Positions 50,935-60,564 of a stretch of DNA of 64,000 bases are shown here, piece by piece. This DNA comes from an uncultured virus (IMG/VR IMGVR_UViG_3300010970_000163) (taxonomy: Duplodnaviria; Heunggongvirae; Uroviricota; Caudoviricetes), in the IMG/VR virus record IMGVR_UViG_3300010970_000163. One strand, written 5' to 3'. The notes below the pieces were generated by a model. It was not told the origin of the DNA. It saw nothing but the letters and a program-made list of their open reading frames with translations, and did no database searches. How positions within the stretch are numbered: position 1 is the first letter of the stretch; each line of letters begins with the position of its first letter. The translations under genes were made by a program, and so were the position numbers.

Positions 50935-51564
50935 ATGAAGTATTTGAATTATTTACCTGTTATTTTAAATGATGGAAATCATTTAGTTACGGGTTTAAAT
51001 GTTGGGGATGTTAGAATACATATGTCGCTTCATCAAAATGGTCAAGACGCGGAGTATTGGACAAACATTGATTGCACAGTACACTCTGATTATTTAACTT
51101 GGAAAAAGGGAGATAGCGTATTCATTAAGTACAATGAGATCCGAGAGGTATGCGGTGTGTACGGAGTTTCAAACAGAATTATTTTTGATGGAGATGCAAA
51201 GGTTCATCTCATCAATCCAGAGTTTGTTTATCTTACAATACGTGACGGGGAAATTATTGTTCCTGACGGATTCTCCCTAGTTCTTCCGGCAATAGAAGAG
51301 AAGAAAAAAAGTGAGTATATTATCACGCTTCAAAAGGAAGAGGAGGATTCATTTGAGAAAGATGTATGGAAAATAATAAAGGTAGGTGGACCAAGCCCAT
51401 TGAAAGAGCTTACCTTTGGAACAGACGCTATTCCTCAAGAGGGTTGGTACGTTAAGGTGAAAAAAGATCGTGGTGTTCCACTAGAAGCTCATTTAAATAA
51501 AAAGCTTAAGGAGAGATATTTTTTAATTAGACACAATGAGGTGATGGCTTATGAAATTCGATAG
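50935..51564 (+). CDS. Putative tandem GroES-fold chaperone
   Basis: C-terminal half resembles GroES (LVLPAIEEKK...IIKVG...YFLIRHNEVMA); heads the packaging operon. Confidence 0.45.
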   Translation: MKYLNYLPVILNDGNHLVTGLNVGDVRIHMSLHQNGQDAEYWTNIDCTVHSDYLTWKKGDSVFIKYNEIREVCGVYGVSNRIIFDGDAKVHLINPEFVYLTIRDGEIIVPDGFSLVLPAIEEKKKSEYIITLQKEEEDSFEKDVWKIIKVGGPSPLKELTFGTDAIPQEGWYVKVKKDRGVPLEAHLNKKLKERYFLIRHNEVMAYEIR

Positions 51565-52216
51565 TACAGAGTTTGAGAAATTAAAATATCCGATCCATAA
51601 GATACCTATGGATCAGCCTGTATTATTTGAGTTTTCTGACCTGTCTAAATTCTCTATAATATTTTCGGCAAATGATTTACCTAAGCAATTAGATCCAGAT
51701 CTTGTTTTGAGATATTTAATATTGATGTATGACTTAGGATCTCCTGGTCAGGGAATTCCCGATTTAAAGAGAAGAAAGACATGGGCTATGCAATGCCTGA
51801 ATATTGAACCTCCATATCCAAAGCATATTACGGATATGCTGTCGTGGAAGATTAAAGGGGTAAACAGAAGGGCAATATATTTCTTACTACTTATGGGTGG
51901 TGAGCAGTACATGGTTTGGAAGTCAGCCGAGGAAGCCCTATTGCGTTACACGGAATTAGAGATTAAATTAGAGGCAGAAGATGAGGCTGCTCAAGCTAAA
52001 ATAGTTCAGGCAGAAAAGACTCGAAGAGAAATTATTAATATGACAATGAGTCAAATTACTTCCTCTAAGAATGAGTTTTTGCAAGGTGAAAAAAGTAAGG
52101 ACCTTGATGATGAGTTGACTGAGTTTACTTTGCTCGATTCACTCGGCATCAGACCGGAAGAATATATTCGTGAATTTCAAGATAAGGGGGATGTATTCCC
52201 TGACATAGATGCGTGA
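51551..52216 (+). CDS. Putative terminase small subunit
   Basis: Helical 221-aa ORF immediately upstream of, and overlapping, the large terminase. Confidence 0.45.
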   Translation: MKFDSTEFEKLKYPIHKIPMDQPVLFEFSDLSKFSIIFSANDLPKQLDPDLVLRYLILMYDLGSPGQGIPDLKRRKTWAMQCLNIEPPYPKHITDMLSWKIKGVNRRAIYFLLLMGGEQYMVWKSAEEALLRYTELEIKLEAEDEAAQAKIVQAEKTRREIINMTMSQITSSKNEFLQGEKSKDLDDELTEFTLLDSLGIRPEEYIREFQDKGDVFPDIDA

Positions 52217-54617
52217 TAGTAAGTACCCATATCAAATAGCCGACAAGTCTGTGTTTTTAAACACGGACGATGAGGACTTGTTCAAAATTGAAATACCTGT
52301 TCCAACACCGGAGGAGTATTACAACTTGCCGTATGAAGACGCTATTAAAAAAATAGATGGCTACGGCAATCCCCCAGACAAGCAAAGATTTGAATATCAA
52401 GAGATGCCATCTAAACTAAAGGATGTTGAGGCTGTCATCAGAAAGAAAAAACAAATTAAGCCAAAGGATGTAGTCCGTCTTGAAGATATAGATGAGGAGC
52501 TGTTTAATAATGCTGCCTATTACTCCAAGGAAATTATTTGGATTAAGAAGCAAATAAGAAGGCACTACAAGGGTTATTTCTTTTTCAATAACGGTAAACC
52601 AACATACGTTCCCGGATGTATGTATACGTATTTAAATTTCTGGCCAATAGGTAATCCTAAGAATAAGAATGGCTTACCTGAGTATAGAGATAGAGATAGA
52701 AGATGGTTTGTAGGTGTAATGTATTCATATACAACACGAGACGGTGTATTTAAGTACAAGGTAGTTTATACCGATGGCAACGACTCCTTTGTTAGATACT
52801 TTAACAACAAGAAAAGTGTAGAAGAATTTAAAGAGATTAATCCACAATGCTATGTTGAGGAGGGTAACTTTATAGTTGATACAGGAGAAAGAACGATGTA
52901 CGGAGTTATCTATCCAAAGCACCGAAGAGAGGGAGCCACATCTCGTGCAGGATTTCTTAACTGGTACGTTACGGCAACTCTAGGTATTCAGCGTTTTGGT
53001 GGTATACAGAGTATGTCAGACTACCACTCCACTCAAGTATTTGTGGATCACATTGCAAAGCGTCTACGCAGAATGCCGTTCTTCTTTAAATTAATGACTG
53101 AAGGATCTTCCGTTCCAAAAGAGGCCATACAATTTACTGCCCCTGCAAATAGAACGGCAGGAGGTGTTGGAACAACTTCTCTCCCTCCACACGAGGGTTG
53201 GATAAATCATCGCCCATCAGGAGAGAGAGCATATGATATGGAGAAGCTCCACTTCATCCACCATGATGAGGTTGGTAAGGTTGATCCTAAGAACGGTATT
53301 AACGTCAATATCATTGATAGGTGGAGGGTTGTTATGAAGTGTCTTGCTCAAGGTCCTTATATCCACGGGCTTGGTCTTTTAACATCTACCCTAGGGGAAA
53401 TGGAGAAGGGTGGTGGTGATCAGATGAAAAGACTTATCCTCGCTTCCAAGTTTGAATCTCGTAATGATAACGGACAGACAGCCTCAGGTTTATTTACAAT
53501 ATTCTTTCCGGCATACGATGGCTTAGATGGTTTCATTGATGAATTTGGAAATTCTATTGTTGAGGATCCTAAGAGACCTGTTAAAAATAGTGATGGTCGT
53601 TTAGTTTCAATTGGAGCTAGAACATATTTAAAGAATAAGAGAAAGTCATTTGAGGCAAATGATGATCAGACTGGGTTGATTGAAGAGATGCAAAACTTCC
53701 CATTTACATTGAAGGAATGTTTCATGTCAGCATCAAAAGATTCATCTTTCCCTGTGTTAAAAATCAGAAGAAGAATTAGCGAGTTGACATTCCAGCCTCA
53801 CCTCACAAGAAAATACAATTTTGAATGGGAGTCAGGCCGTGGATCCCGTGTTATTCTAAAAGAATCGGATGAAGGTAAATTTATTATCTCTCATCTTCCT
53901 CCTCACGGATTAAGGAATCTAAAGGAGTGGGACTCAGACACAGAGTCATGGAGACCATCTTGGAATGTAATGAATAGATATGTATTAGGAGCCGATCCAG
54001 CGAAGTATGAGACGCATGAGGTGAGTGGTAAAAAGAAGTCGTTTCACGCAGGAGCCATGTTCTATAAAAGAGATATGTCTACCGATGGTGATAATGGCAC
54101 TGAAATAAAATTGCGTAGTCAATGGAATAGTGATAAATTTGTACTTACTTACAAACAAAGAGATGTAGGTAGAGAGGAGTATGCTGATGATATGGCTAAA
54201 GCTTGCGTATTTTACGGAGCTATGTTATATCCCGAGATGAATATTACTCACCTCTACGAACACTTCTTAGAGTGGAAGCTTAGCGGTTACTTGTTATACG
54301 ATATGAATGAGCAGGGAGAGAAAAAGCCATTGCCAGGTAGAATTACCACGGATGGTTCTAATAACTCAGCAAAACAGGATATCTTTGACACGTGGGAACA
54401 GTACTTGAAGGATGGATGTGAGTATGAGAATCATATTGAAATTTTAGAAGAAACGGCAAATATTGATGGCAGAGCAGAGATGACAAAGTACGATTTGTTT
54501 ACAGCTGGAGGCTACGCACTTTTGGGAAGTAAGTCATTATACCCTAAATTTGTAGAAATGAATGAAGAAGCTTCTAAAATTGATGGTGATTTATTTGGTA
54601 CTTTTGATTACTTTTGA
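52209..54617 (+). CDS. terL: Terminase large subunit
   Basis: KHRREGATS Walker A variant, HDEVGK Walker B, LTST, FFPAY and GADP nuclease motif. Confidence 0.9.
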   Translation: MRDSKYPYQIADKSVFLNTDDEDLFKIEIPVPTPEEYYNLPYEDAIKKIDGYGNPPDKQRFEYQEMPSKLKDVEAVIRKKKQIKPKDVVRLEDIDEELFNNAAYYSKEIIWIKKQIRRHYKGYFFFNNGKPTYVPGCMYTYLNFWPIGNPKNKNGLPEYRDRDRRWFVGVMYSYTTRDGVFKYKVVYTDGNDSFVRYFNNKKSVEEFKEINPQCYVEEGNFIVDTGERTMYGVIYPKHRREGATSRAGFLNWYVTATLGIQRFGGIQSMSDYHSTQVFVDHIAKRLRRMPFFFKLMTEGSSVPKEAIQFTAPANRTAGGVGTTSLPPHEGWINHRPSGERAYDMEKLHFIHHDEVGKVDPKNGINVNIIDRWRVVMKCLAQGPYIHGLGLLTSTLGEMEKGGGDQMKRLILASKFESRNDNGQTASGLFTIFFPAYDGLDGFIDEFGNSIVEDPKRPVKNSDGRLVSIGARTYLKNKRKSFEANDDQTGLIEEMQNFPFTLKECFMSASKDSSFPVLKIRRRISELTFQPHLTRKYNFEWESGRGSRVILKESDEGKFIISHLPPHGLRNLKEWDSDTESWRPSWNVMNRYVLGADPAKYETHEVSGKKKSFHAGAMFYKRDMSTDGDNGTEIKLRSQWNSDKFVLTYKQRDVGREEYADDMAKACVFYGAMLYPEMNITHLYEHFLEWKLSGYLLYDMNEQGEKKPLPGRITTDGSNNSAKQDIFDTWEQYLKDGCEYENHIEILEETANIDGRAEMTKYDLFTAGGYALLGSKSLYPKFVEMNEEASKIDGDLFGTFDYF

Positions 54618-54627
54618 TTATTAAAAT

Positions 54628-56958
54628 ATGAACGAATATACTGTACTGTGGCCTAAGGATGATATCGATCCTAAGAAAAAGAATAACAACTGGTTATCTC
54701 AAGTTGGCCGTGCCATTTTTTATCGTTATGAAAATAACAAAACGTACTACAGTCGTAATGACCTTGCTCGTTTATTTGAAATAAGAAACTACTCTGAAGG
54801 AAGACAAAGTCCTCAGAAGTACATCGATATGTGGGCTACTCGTGGAGATGAGAAGGCTAAGGGTAACTCTAATTTTAATAACGCGAATGCACGAAGCAGA
54901 CGTAAGGGATATGCAAATATTGACTTTACTCCATTCTCTATGGCTCCTGAGATCAAGAGAATTATTATGTCTGTATTAGGCACAGAGAATCAGAGAATAC
55001 AAGTAGACTCTATTAATCCTGATGCTCGCAACCAAAGAGCTTTAAAGAAGTACCAATTATACATTAAGAGCAAGTTAGATCCTATCTTAAAAAAGATAGG
55101 TAAACCTCAATTAGCTGAGAATGAGTTCGTTCCTGAAAACATTACAGAATTAGAGCTATATGAGACTCTTGGAGGTTTTAAATTAAACTTTGAGATCGGC
55201 ATTGAGAAGCTTGCTGAGTTTGGTTTTAAGAATAGCGACTGGACAAAGATTGAGCGTCAACTTAAAGATGATGCTATAAACTACGGGTTTATTGTAGTAA
55301 AAGATTATACTGATCCTGATACAGGAATGGCAAAGGTTAAGTATATTGATGTTACTAAATTTGTTTGCGCTTGGACGGATGAGAGCCAAGGGGATAACAG
55401 TCCATTTGGAGGTCACTTCCAAAAGTACAGTTTGCCAGAAGTTCGTAAGATTCTTCTTCAAAATGGATACTCAGAAGATGAGACTGAAGGTCTTGTATCA
55501 AAGATTGCTAAGTGGTCTTATGACACTGTTTACGCTAACGATAGATACGGTTGGTCATGGTACTCTCAAAGAGACACTATTACAGATCGTATGCGTTACG
55601 ATGACTTCTTTGTAGATGTTCTTGAGTTTGAATATATTTCAAAGGACAGCAACTACTTCAAGAAAAGAAATAGAGATGGAAGCGTGCAGTTCTATAAGGA
55701 TATGTTCGGTGATGTTGTAAACACAGAGAAAAAGAAAACGGTAGTTATTGACGGTCACTTCATATATGAAGGATACTTCTTGCCAGGTGCGAATATTACT
55801 GTAGGTGGTAAGCAGAAGAACATGAAAAGAGTTAATAAGCAAAAGCCACAACTCTCTTACCGTTTCCTAAGAATCCCAGGAAAGTCTATCACAGAGACGG
55901 CAATGCCTATCTATGACTCAATGCAAATCAACCACCTTAAATTACAGGCGGCTAAATTAGCAGCGGCCCCTAAGGGTATTGCAATTGATATCGGAGCTTT
56001 GAATATTAATAGTATCGCAGGTACTATGTACACTCCATTTGATCTTGTACAAGTTTACTCACAAACGGGTAACTTCTTCTACAAGTCTTCAATCTTAGGA
56101 GGTAAAGTAAATACCTCTCGTTCATTTGATGAGCTAGAGGGTGGTATTGGTAAGCAATTAGCTGAATGGATTACAGCGTATCAACACGATGTTGAAAAGT
56201 TATTGCAGATTACAGGTATCACTCCAACTATGGCTGGTTCTCCTGCTAAGGGTGATAAGCTTGTTGGTATTGCAGAGCTAGAGGTTGAGGCTACTAACAA
56301 TGCGTTATGGCCATTGCAACAAGGTATAGAACAATTGAAAATTAAGGCTGCTGAGAATATTATTCTACGTGCCTTAACTACAATGAGATACGATAAGGCT
56401 ACAAGAGATTACTATAGCGGTGTATTTGGACAAGCTTCTGTAGACGCTATGTTGACAGGATCTGAGATGACTCTTGATGAGTTAGGTCTCTCTCTTTCAA
56501 ATAAAGTTTCTCAGACTCAGAAGTTTAAAATTATGGAGGCAGCAGAGACTGCACTTAAAGTTGGCCGCAACGGAATGCCGGAGATCGAGCTTGCTGATTA
56601 CACTATGATCATCGAGATGTTGGAGAAGGGAAGAATCAAGGAGGCTACGTGGTACTTAAATTACAAGTCAGCTAAGAAGAGAAAGTATAACGATGAAATG
56701 GCTGCTCAGAATCAACAGGCACAATCTCAATCATTAATTGATTTAGAGCGAGCTAAGTTGGATGCTGAATTAGCTAAGATCGATGCTAAGAAAAACGCTA
56801 CTATTGAACAGGAGACTGTACTCTCTCAATTGAGAATACAAGAAGCTCAAGCTTTACAGGCTGCTAAGACGGAAGGTAATCTTGCCGAGTTAAAAACAGA
56901 AGCATTTCTTCAAGAACAGACCGGAGCAGAGATCACAGGATCTATGAGAAAAAAGTAA
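54628..56958 (+). CDS. Portal protein
   Basis: 776 aa after terL, RNYSEGRQSPQKY motif, C-terminal coiled coil. Confidence 0.85.
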   Translation: MNEYTVLWPKDDIDPKKKNNNWLSQVGRAIFYRYENNKTYYSRNDLARLFEIRNYSEGRQSPQKYIDMWATRGDEKAKGNSNFNNANARSRRKGYANIDFTPFSMAPEIKRIIMSVLGTENQRIQVDSINPDARNQRALKKYQLYIKSKLDPILKKIGKPQLAENEFVPENITELELYETLGGFKLNFEIGIEKLAEFGFKNSDWTKIERQLKDDAINYGFIVVKDYTDPDTGMAKVKYIDVTKFVCAWTDESQGDNSPFGGHFQKYSLPEVRKILLQNGYSEDETEGLVSKIAKWSYDTVYANDRYGWSWYSQRDTITDRMRYDDFFVDVLEFEYISKDSNYFKKRNRDGSVQFYKDMFGDVVNTEKKKTVVIDGHFIYEGYFLPGANITVGGKQKNMKRVNKQKPQLSYRFLRIPGKSITETAMPIYDSMQINHLKLQAAKLAAAPKGIAIDIGALNINSIAGTMYTPFDLVQVYSQTGNFFYKSSILGGKVNTSRSFDELEGGIGKQLAEWITAYQHDVEKLLQITGITPTMAGSPAKGDKLVGIAELEVEATNNALWPLQQGIEQLKIKAAENIILRALTTMRYDKATRDYYSGVFGQASVDAMLTGSEMTLDELGLSLSNKVSQTQKFKIMEAAETALKVGRNGMPEIELADYTMIIEMLEKGRIKEATWYLNYKSAKKRKYNDEMAAQNQQAQSQSLIDLERAKLDAELAKIDAKKNATIEQETVLSQLRIQEAQALQAAKTEGNLAELKTEAFLQEQTGAEITGSMRKK

Positions 56959-56987
56959 AATAAAACACACACACAAATAATACACGT

Positions 56988-58073
56988 ATGGAAAATGAAG
57001 TAAAAGCAACAAGCATCTTTGATGCCTTGGGGTTATCTCCTGAACAAAGTAATGTACAGGATAATTCTCCTGTAGTAAATAATACTACAGATAACAATGC
57101 TGCTCAAAATAATGAGCCTGTTGATAATGCGCCTATTGAAGAGCCTACATTTAAGGCATCTGATCTAAAGGCAATCTTTGGAGACTTCGAGTCTATCGAT
57201 TCTATCAAAGAGAAGTACATGACGATTGAAGAACGTGCTAAGAAGTTCGATGAATTTGAGCCTTATATCTCAGAGAGAGAAACTCTTGTTCGTCAATTAG
57301 AGTCTCCATTTGCAAATGAGAAATTAGCAAACTTAAATTCTTTCATTAAGAGTACAGGAATTAACGACTTAGATGTTGCCAATAAATTTGTTGGTAAGAC
57401 TGCATCTGAGATGCGTGACACTCCTATTCAAACTATGGCACTTGCTGAAGTGATTAAGGATCCTTCTCTATTGCAAGACTTGACTTTTGAAGAGATCTGT
57501 GAGACTATTGCAGAGGAGAATAACACCTATGTTAATGCCTCTAGTGAAGATATCCCAAAAACAATGAAAATGAAGTTGGGAAAAAATATCTCTATAGTAG
57601 AAGAAAAATTAAAAAATATTGGTGAGAATAAAGATTTTATTGCATCTTTGCGTGAACAAATTAACACTGAGAAAGAAGGTGTTAATAAGTTAGTTAGTGA
57701 TTGGAAGCCGATTGTAACAGAGGCATCAAAGATTAACGAACTTGACATTGAGATTGATGGTTTAAAGGTAAAGACTTCGGTGTCGGAGGAAACCAAAAAC
57801 CAAATTAATCAAGAGGTCATGGGAATTATTTCTGCGAACCCTTTACCTGCTACCGAACAGAATATGGATGCTATAAATTTGTACATCCGCACCCGTGCCG
57901 AGGCATTGGAGGCGAAGAATGTATATAAAGCTCTAATAACCGCTGTGAGAGGGGAGGCCCAAGAAGCAGCTCTTAGAGAGTTTCATAATGGATCGGAAGT
58001 AGTTAAACACGAGAAACCTGACGGTAAGTCTGAGAAGTCTCAACTACAGAGGTACTTCGAATCACAACAATAA
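56988..58073 (+). CDS. Putative scaffolding protein
   Basis: Acidic, disordered N-terminus; lies between portal and capsid genes. Confidence 0.6.
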   Translation: MENEVKATSIFDALGLSPEQSNVQDNSPVVNNTTDNNAAQNNEPVDNAPIEEPTFKASDLKAIFGDFESIDSIKEKYMTIEERAKKFDEFEPYISERETLVRQLESPFANEKLANLNSFIKSTGINDLDVANKFVGKTASEMRDTPIQTMALAEVIKDPSLLQDLTFEEICETIAEENNTYVNASSEDIPKTMKMKLGKNISIVEEKLKNIGENKDFIASLREQINTEKEGVNKLVSDWKPIVTEASKINELDIEIDGLKVKTSVSEETKNQINQEVMGIISANPLPATEQNMDAINLYIRTRAEALEAKNVYKALITAVRGEAQEAALREFHNGSEVVKHEKPDGKSEKSQLQRYFESQQ

Positions 58074-58103
58074 AAATGATTCATAAATTTTAAACTTAAG
58101 AAA

Positions 58104-59525
58104 ATGGCAAATACATTTGCTCCTGTTTCGGGTGAAGGTTTAAATGGCGGTCTATTATCGTTATTTGACGCTTCATACACAAGTGGACTTTTGGTTCCAC
58201 ATTACTTACGTACCTTGAAAAACAAGTACGGTGACAACGGTCTTTCTGACTTCCAACTTTTGATGGGATTAGGAATGAAGCGTGGTGTTCAAAACATCAC
58301 TGGATGGCACTGGGAAAAAGGTTTCTACGATGCTCCAATCAACGGTACTGTTGATGCAACTGGTGCTAGCCAAATCACTGTAGAAGTTACTGCTGAGACT
58401 GTAGGTTCTACTAACATCGATTTGATCTACGCTAAAGTTGGTCAAGTAGTTATGATTGCTAGCGAAGCTAGTCTTCCTTTGGCTCGTGTATCTGCTGTTT
58501 CTGCTCCTGTTGCTAACGTATACACTGTAACTCTTGATGCTGTTCAAACAGGATCTCTTACTGGAGTTACTGGAGACGTTACTTTGATCGTTGTAGGTTC
58601 TGCTTGGGCTGAAGGTTCAGACCAACCAAGTTCATCTCAGTCTTTCTGGACTAAGTACAACTGGCAAACACAAATCTTCAAGGAGACTTATGAGTTGACT
58701 GGTACTCAAAAGACTAACGCCCCTCAATTCATGGAAGTTGAGTACGGTGATGGTCGTACTAAGAAAATGAACGGTTTCTTCTACGAAGGTCAGGACGAAG
58801 CTGAATATCGTTTGATCAAGCAAATCGCTTTATCAATGATCTTCGGTCAAGCTCAAACTAACGCTGCTGTTCCTCAAACTTTCTCTGGTCTTGATGCTGA
58901 GATTGGTGCAAGAGGATACACTGCTGAAATCGGAGCTGCTGCTGGTGACTTTGGTGTTGAAGATTTGCGTACAATCGCTACTGAAATGTCTAAGCGTTAC
59001 TCTAGCAACTTGTTCTTGACTTGGTTAACTCAAGAGTTGTACTCTGAAATCAACCAAGACGCTCAATCTACAGGTTACTTCGCTAATGCTAACGTAAACG
59101 CATTGAACTCTTCAGTTGCTGACGTATTCTTCGGTGGTAACATGAGTGATGTTGAGGCATTAACCGGTACTTTATCTTATCAAGGTTTGATCGTTGATGG
59201 ATACAACTTCATGTTGAAGCAAGCTCGTTTCATGCAAGATCCAACTACTTTGGCTGCTGTTAACACTAACGCTTTACGCAGACGTGGATGGGTTATTCCA
59301 TTGAACAAGATGGCTGATGCTGAAGGTGTTCTTCGCAACCGTATCGAGTTGGTTTACAAGGAAATGAACGGATATAGCCGCTTCATGGAAATCACTGACG
59401 ATGGACGTGCTTCTGCTCGTAAGATCGGACCAAGTGATGTTGCTAAACTTTACTTGTCTTCAGACTTAGGATTTGACTTCTTCGTATTGGAGCAGTTCAC
59501 TAAGCTTAGCCCAGTAAATCCATAA
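58104..59525 (+). CDS. Major capsid protein
   Basis: VGSAWAEGSD, QIFKETYELTGT motifs, highly biased codon use, strong terminator downstream. Confidence 0.88.
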   Translation: MANTFAPVSGEGLNGGLLSLFDASYTSGLLVPHYLRTLKNKYGDNGLSDFQLLMGLGMKRGVQNITGWHWEKGFYDAPINGTVDATGASQITVEVTAETVGSTNIDLIYAKVGQVVMIASEASLPLARVSAVSAPVANVYTVTLDAVQTGSLTGVTGDVTLIVVGSAWAEGSDQPSSSQSFWTKYNWQTQIFKETYELTGTQKTNAPQFMEVEYGDGRTKKMNGFFYEGQDEAEYRLIKQIALSMIFGQAQTNAAVPQTFSGLDAEIGARGYTAEIGAAAGDFGVEDLRTIATEMSKRYSSNLFLTWLTQELYSEINQDAQSTGYFANANVNALNSSVADVFFGGNMSDVEALTGTLSYQGLIVDGYNFMLKQARFMQDPTTLAAVNTNALRRRGWVIPLNKMADAEGVLRNRIELVYKEMNGYSRFMEITDDGRASARKIGPSDVAKLYLSSDLGFDFFVLEQFTKLSPVNP

Positions 59526-59542
59526 TTTTTGGATTAATATAT

Positions 59543-59578
59543 AAAAAGGGGAGGTGAGTTTCTCCCTCCCTTTTTTTT
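59543..59578 (+). terminator. Intrinsic terminator after capsid gene
   Basis: GGGGAGGTGAG-ttt-CTCCCTCCC followed by T8. Confidence 0.8.
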
Positions 59579-59618
59579 CTTTTCACACACAAAAAAACAA
59601 CACAAAAAATCACACACT

Positions 59619-60482
59619 ATGCTATTTATGGACGGTGAAAAATTCTCGCTTGATGCAGAGGATTTAAATCAACTTAAGTCTGTATTCCCAGACTTCATGT
59701 TAAAAAACAAATCTGTTAGAATGACTCACAATGGTGATTCAGTAAGAAAACTACAGACAAACAACCCAATCATTCCAATGGTATTTGCAAAACCTAAACA
59801 TGGGATGTTGCTGTTTCATAATTTTGTAGATCCTGTAACAGGAGAACAAAGAGAAGTTCGTTTTAGCGATGGACCTCCACAATATAGAAATGACGGACGT
59901 AAGGTGTTTTCTGCTAAGTCTATGCCTATCGATGCTAATTTCATTTTCGATCCACGTAAGGATAAGGAATTGTTGTGGTATGTATATAACTTTAGCGGTC
60001 TTTTTGCCAATGGTTTAAAGGGAAGATTCAACTCTCCTTATAAATTCTTAATGGTTGAAAGAGAGGCTACAGAGAAAGCAAATGCACAAATGGCTGAAGC
60101 TCGCGCTAAAGTAGCTATTGCAAACTTGACTAAGGAGCAATTGATTGCTTTTGCTAAGGGCAATGTAGGTGTTAATGCTGACGATACTAAAGAAGTAATT
60201 ATCTCTCGTATCTACTCTGCAATGGACAAGAAAGCTGAGTACCGCGAGTATGTAATTGACACTCTAACTCCTCCTCAAAATAACGATATCCTCGATATCA
60301 TTGAGAAGGCATGGAACTTAGATCGTTTAGTGCCAAGCATGGATGGAACACAAACAATTCTCATCTATAATGGCAAAGAAGTAACTCTTGCAGATCTTCC
60401 TGTAGACGATAAACAAGGACTGGCAGACTTCCTATCTAAGGACAAAAAAGCCTTAAACCTTGTTAAGAAGGCTATTAGCTAA
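59619..60482 (+). CDS. Conserved capsid-module protein (crAss gene-75-like position)
   Basis: Synteny only. Confidence 0.5.
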   Translation: MLFMDGEKFSLDAEDLNQLKSVFPDFMLKNKSVRMTHNGDSVRKLQTNNPIIPMVFAKPKHGMLLFHNFVDPVTGEQREVRFSDGPPQYRNDGRKVFSAKSMPIDANFIFDPRKDKELLWYVYNFSGLFANGLKGRFNSPYKFLMVEREATEKANAQMAEARAKVAIANLTKEQLIAFAKGNVGVNADDTKEVIISRIYSAMDKKAEYREYVIDTLTPPQNNDILDIIEKAWNLDRLVPSMDGTQTILIYNGKEVTLADLPVDDKQGLADFLSKDKKALNLVKKAIS

Positions 60483-60504
60483 GAATATTTTATAAAAATC
60501 TGAA

Positions 60505-60535
60505 ATGGGGTACAGTTTGTACCCTATTTTTTTTT
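60505..60535 (+). terminator. Intrinsic terminator
   Basis: ATGGGGTACA-gtt-TGTACCCTAT followed by a T run. Confidence 0.7.
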
Positions 60536-60564
60536 ATCTTCGTGGTATAATTCGTAATAAAAAA

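Noticed and set aside
52209..59525. Introns or inteins in terminase, portal or capsid genes
   Set aside because: The ORFs are continuous and of ordinary length, with no intein motifs seen.
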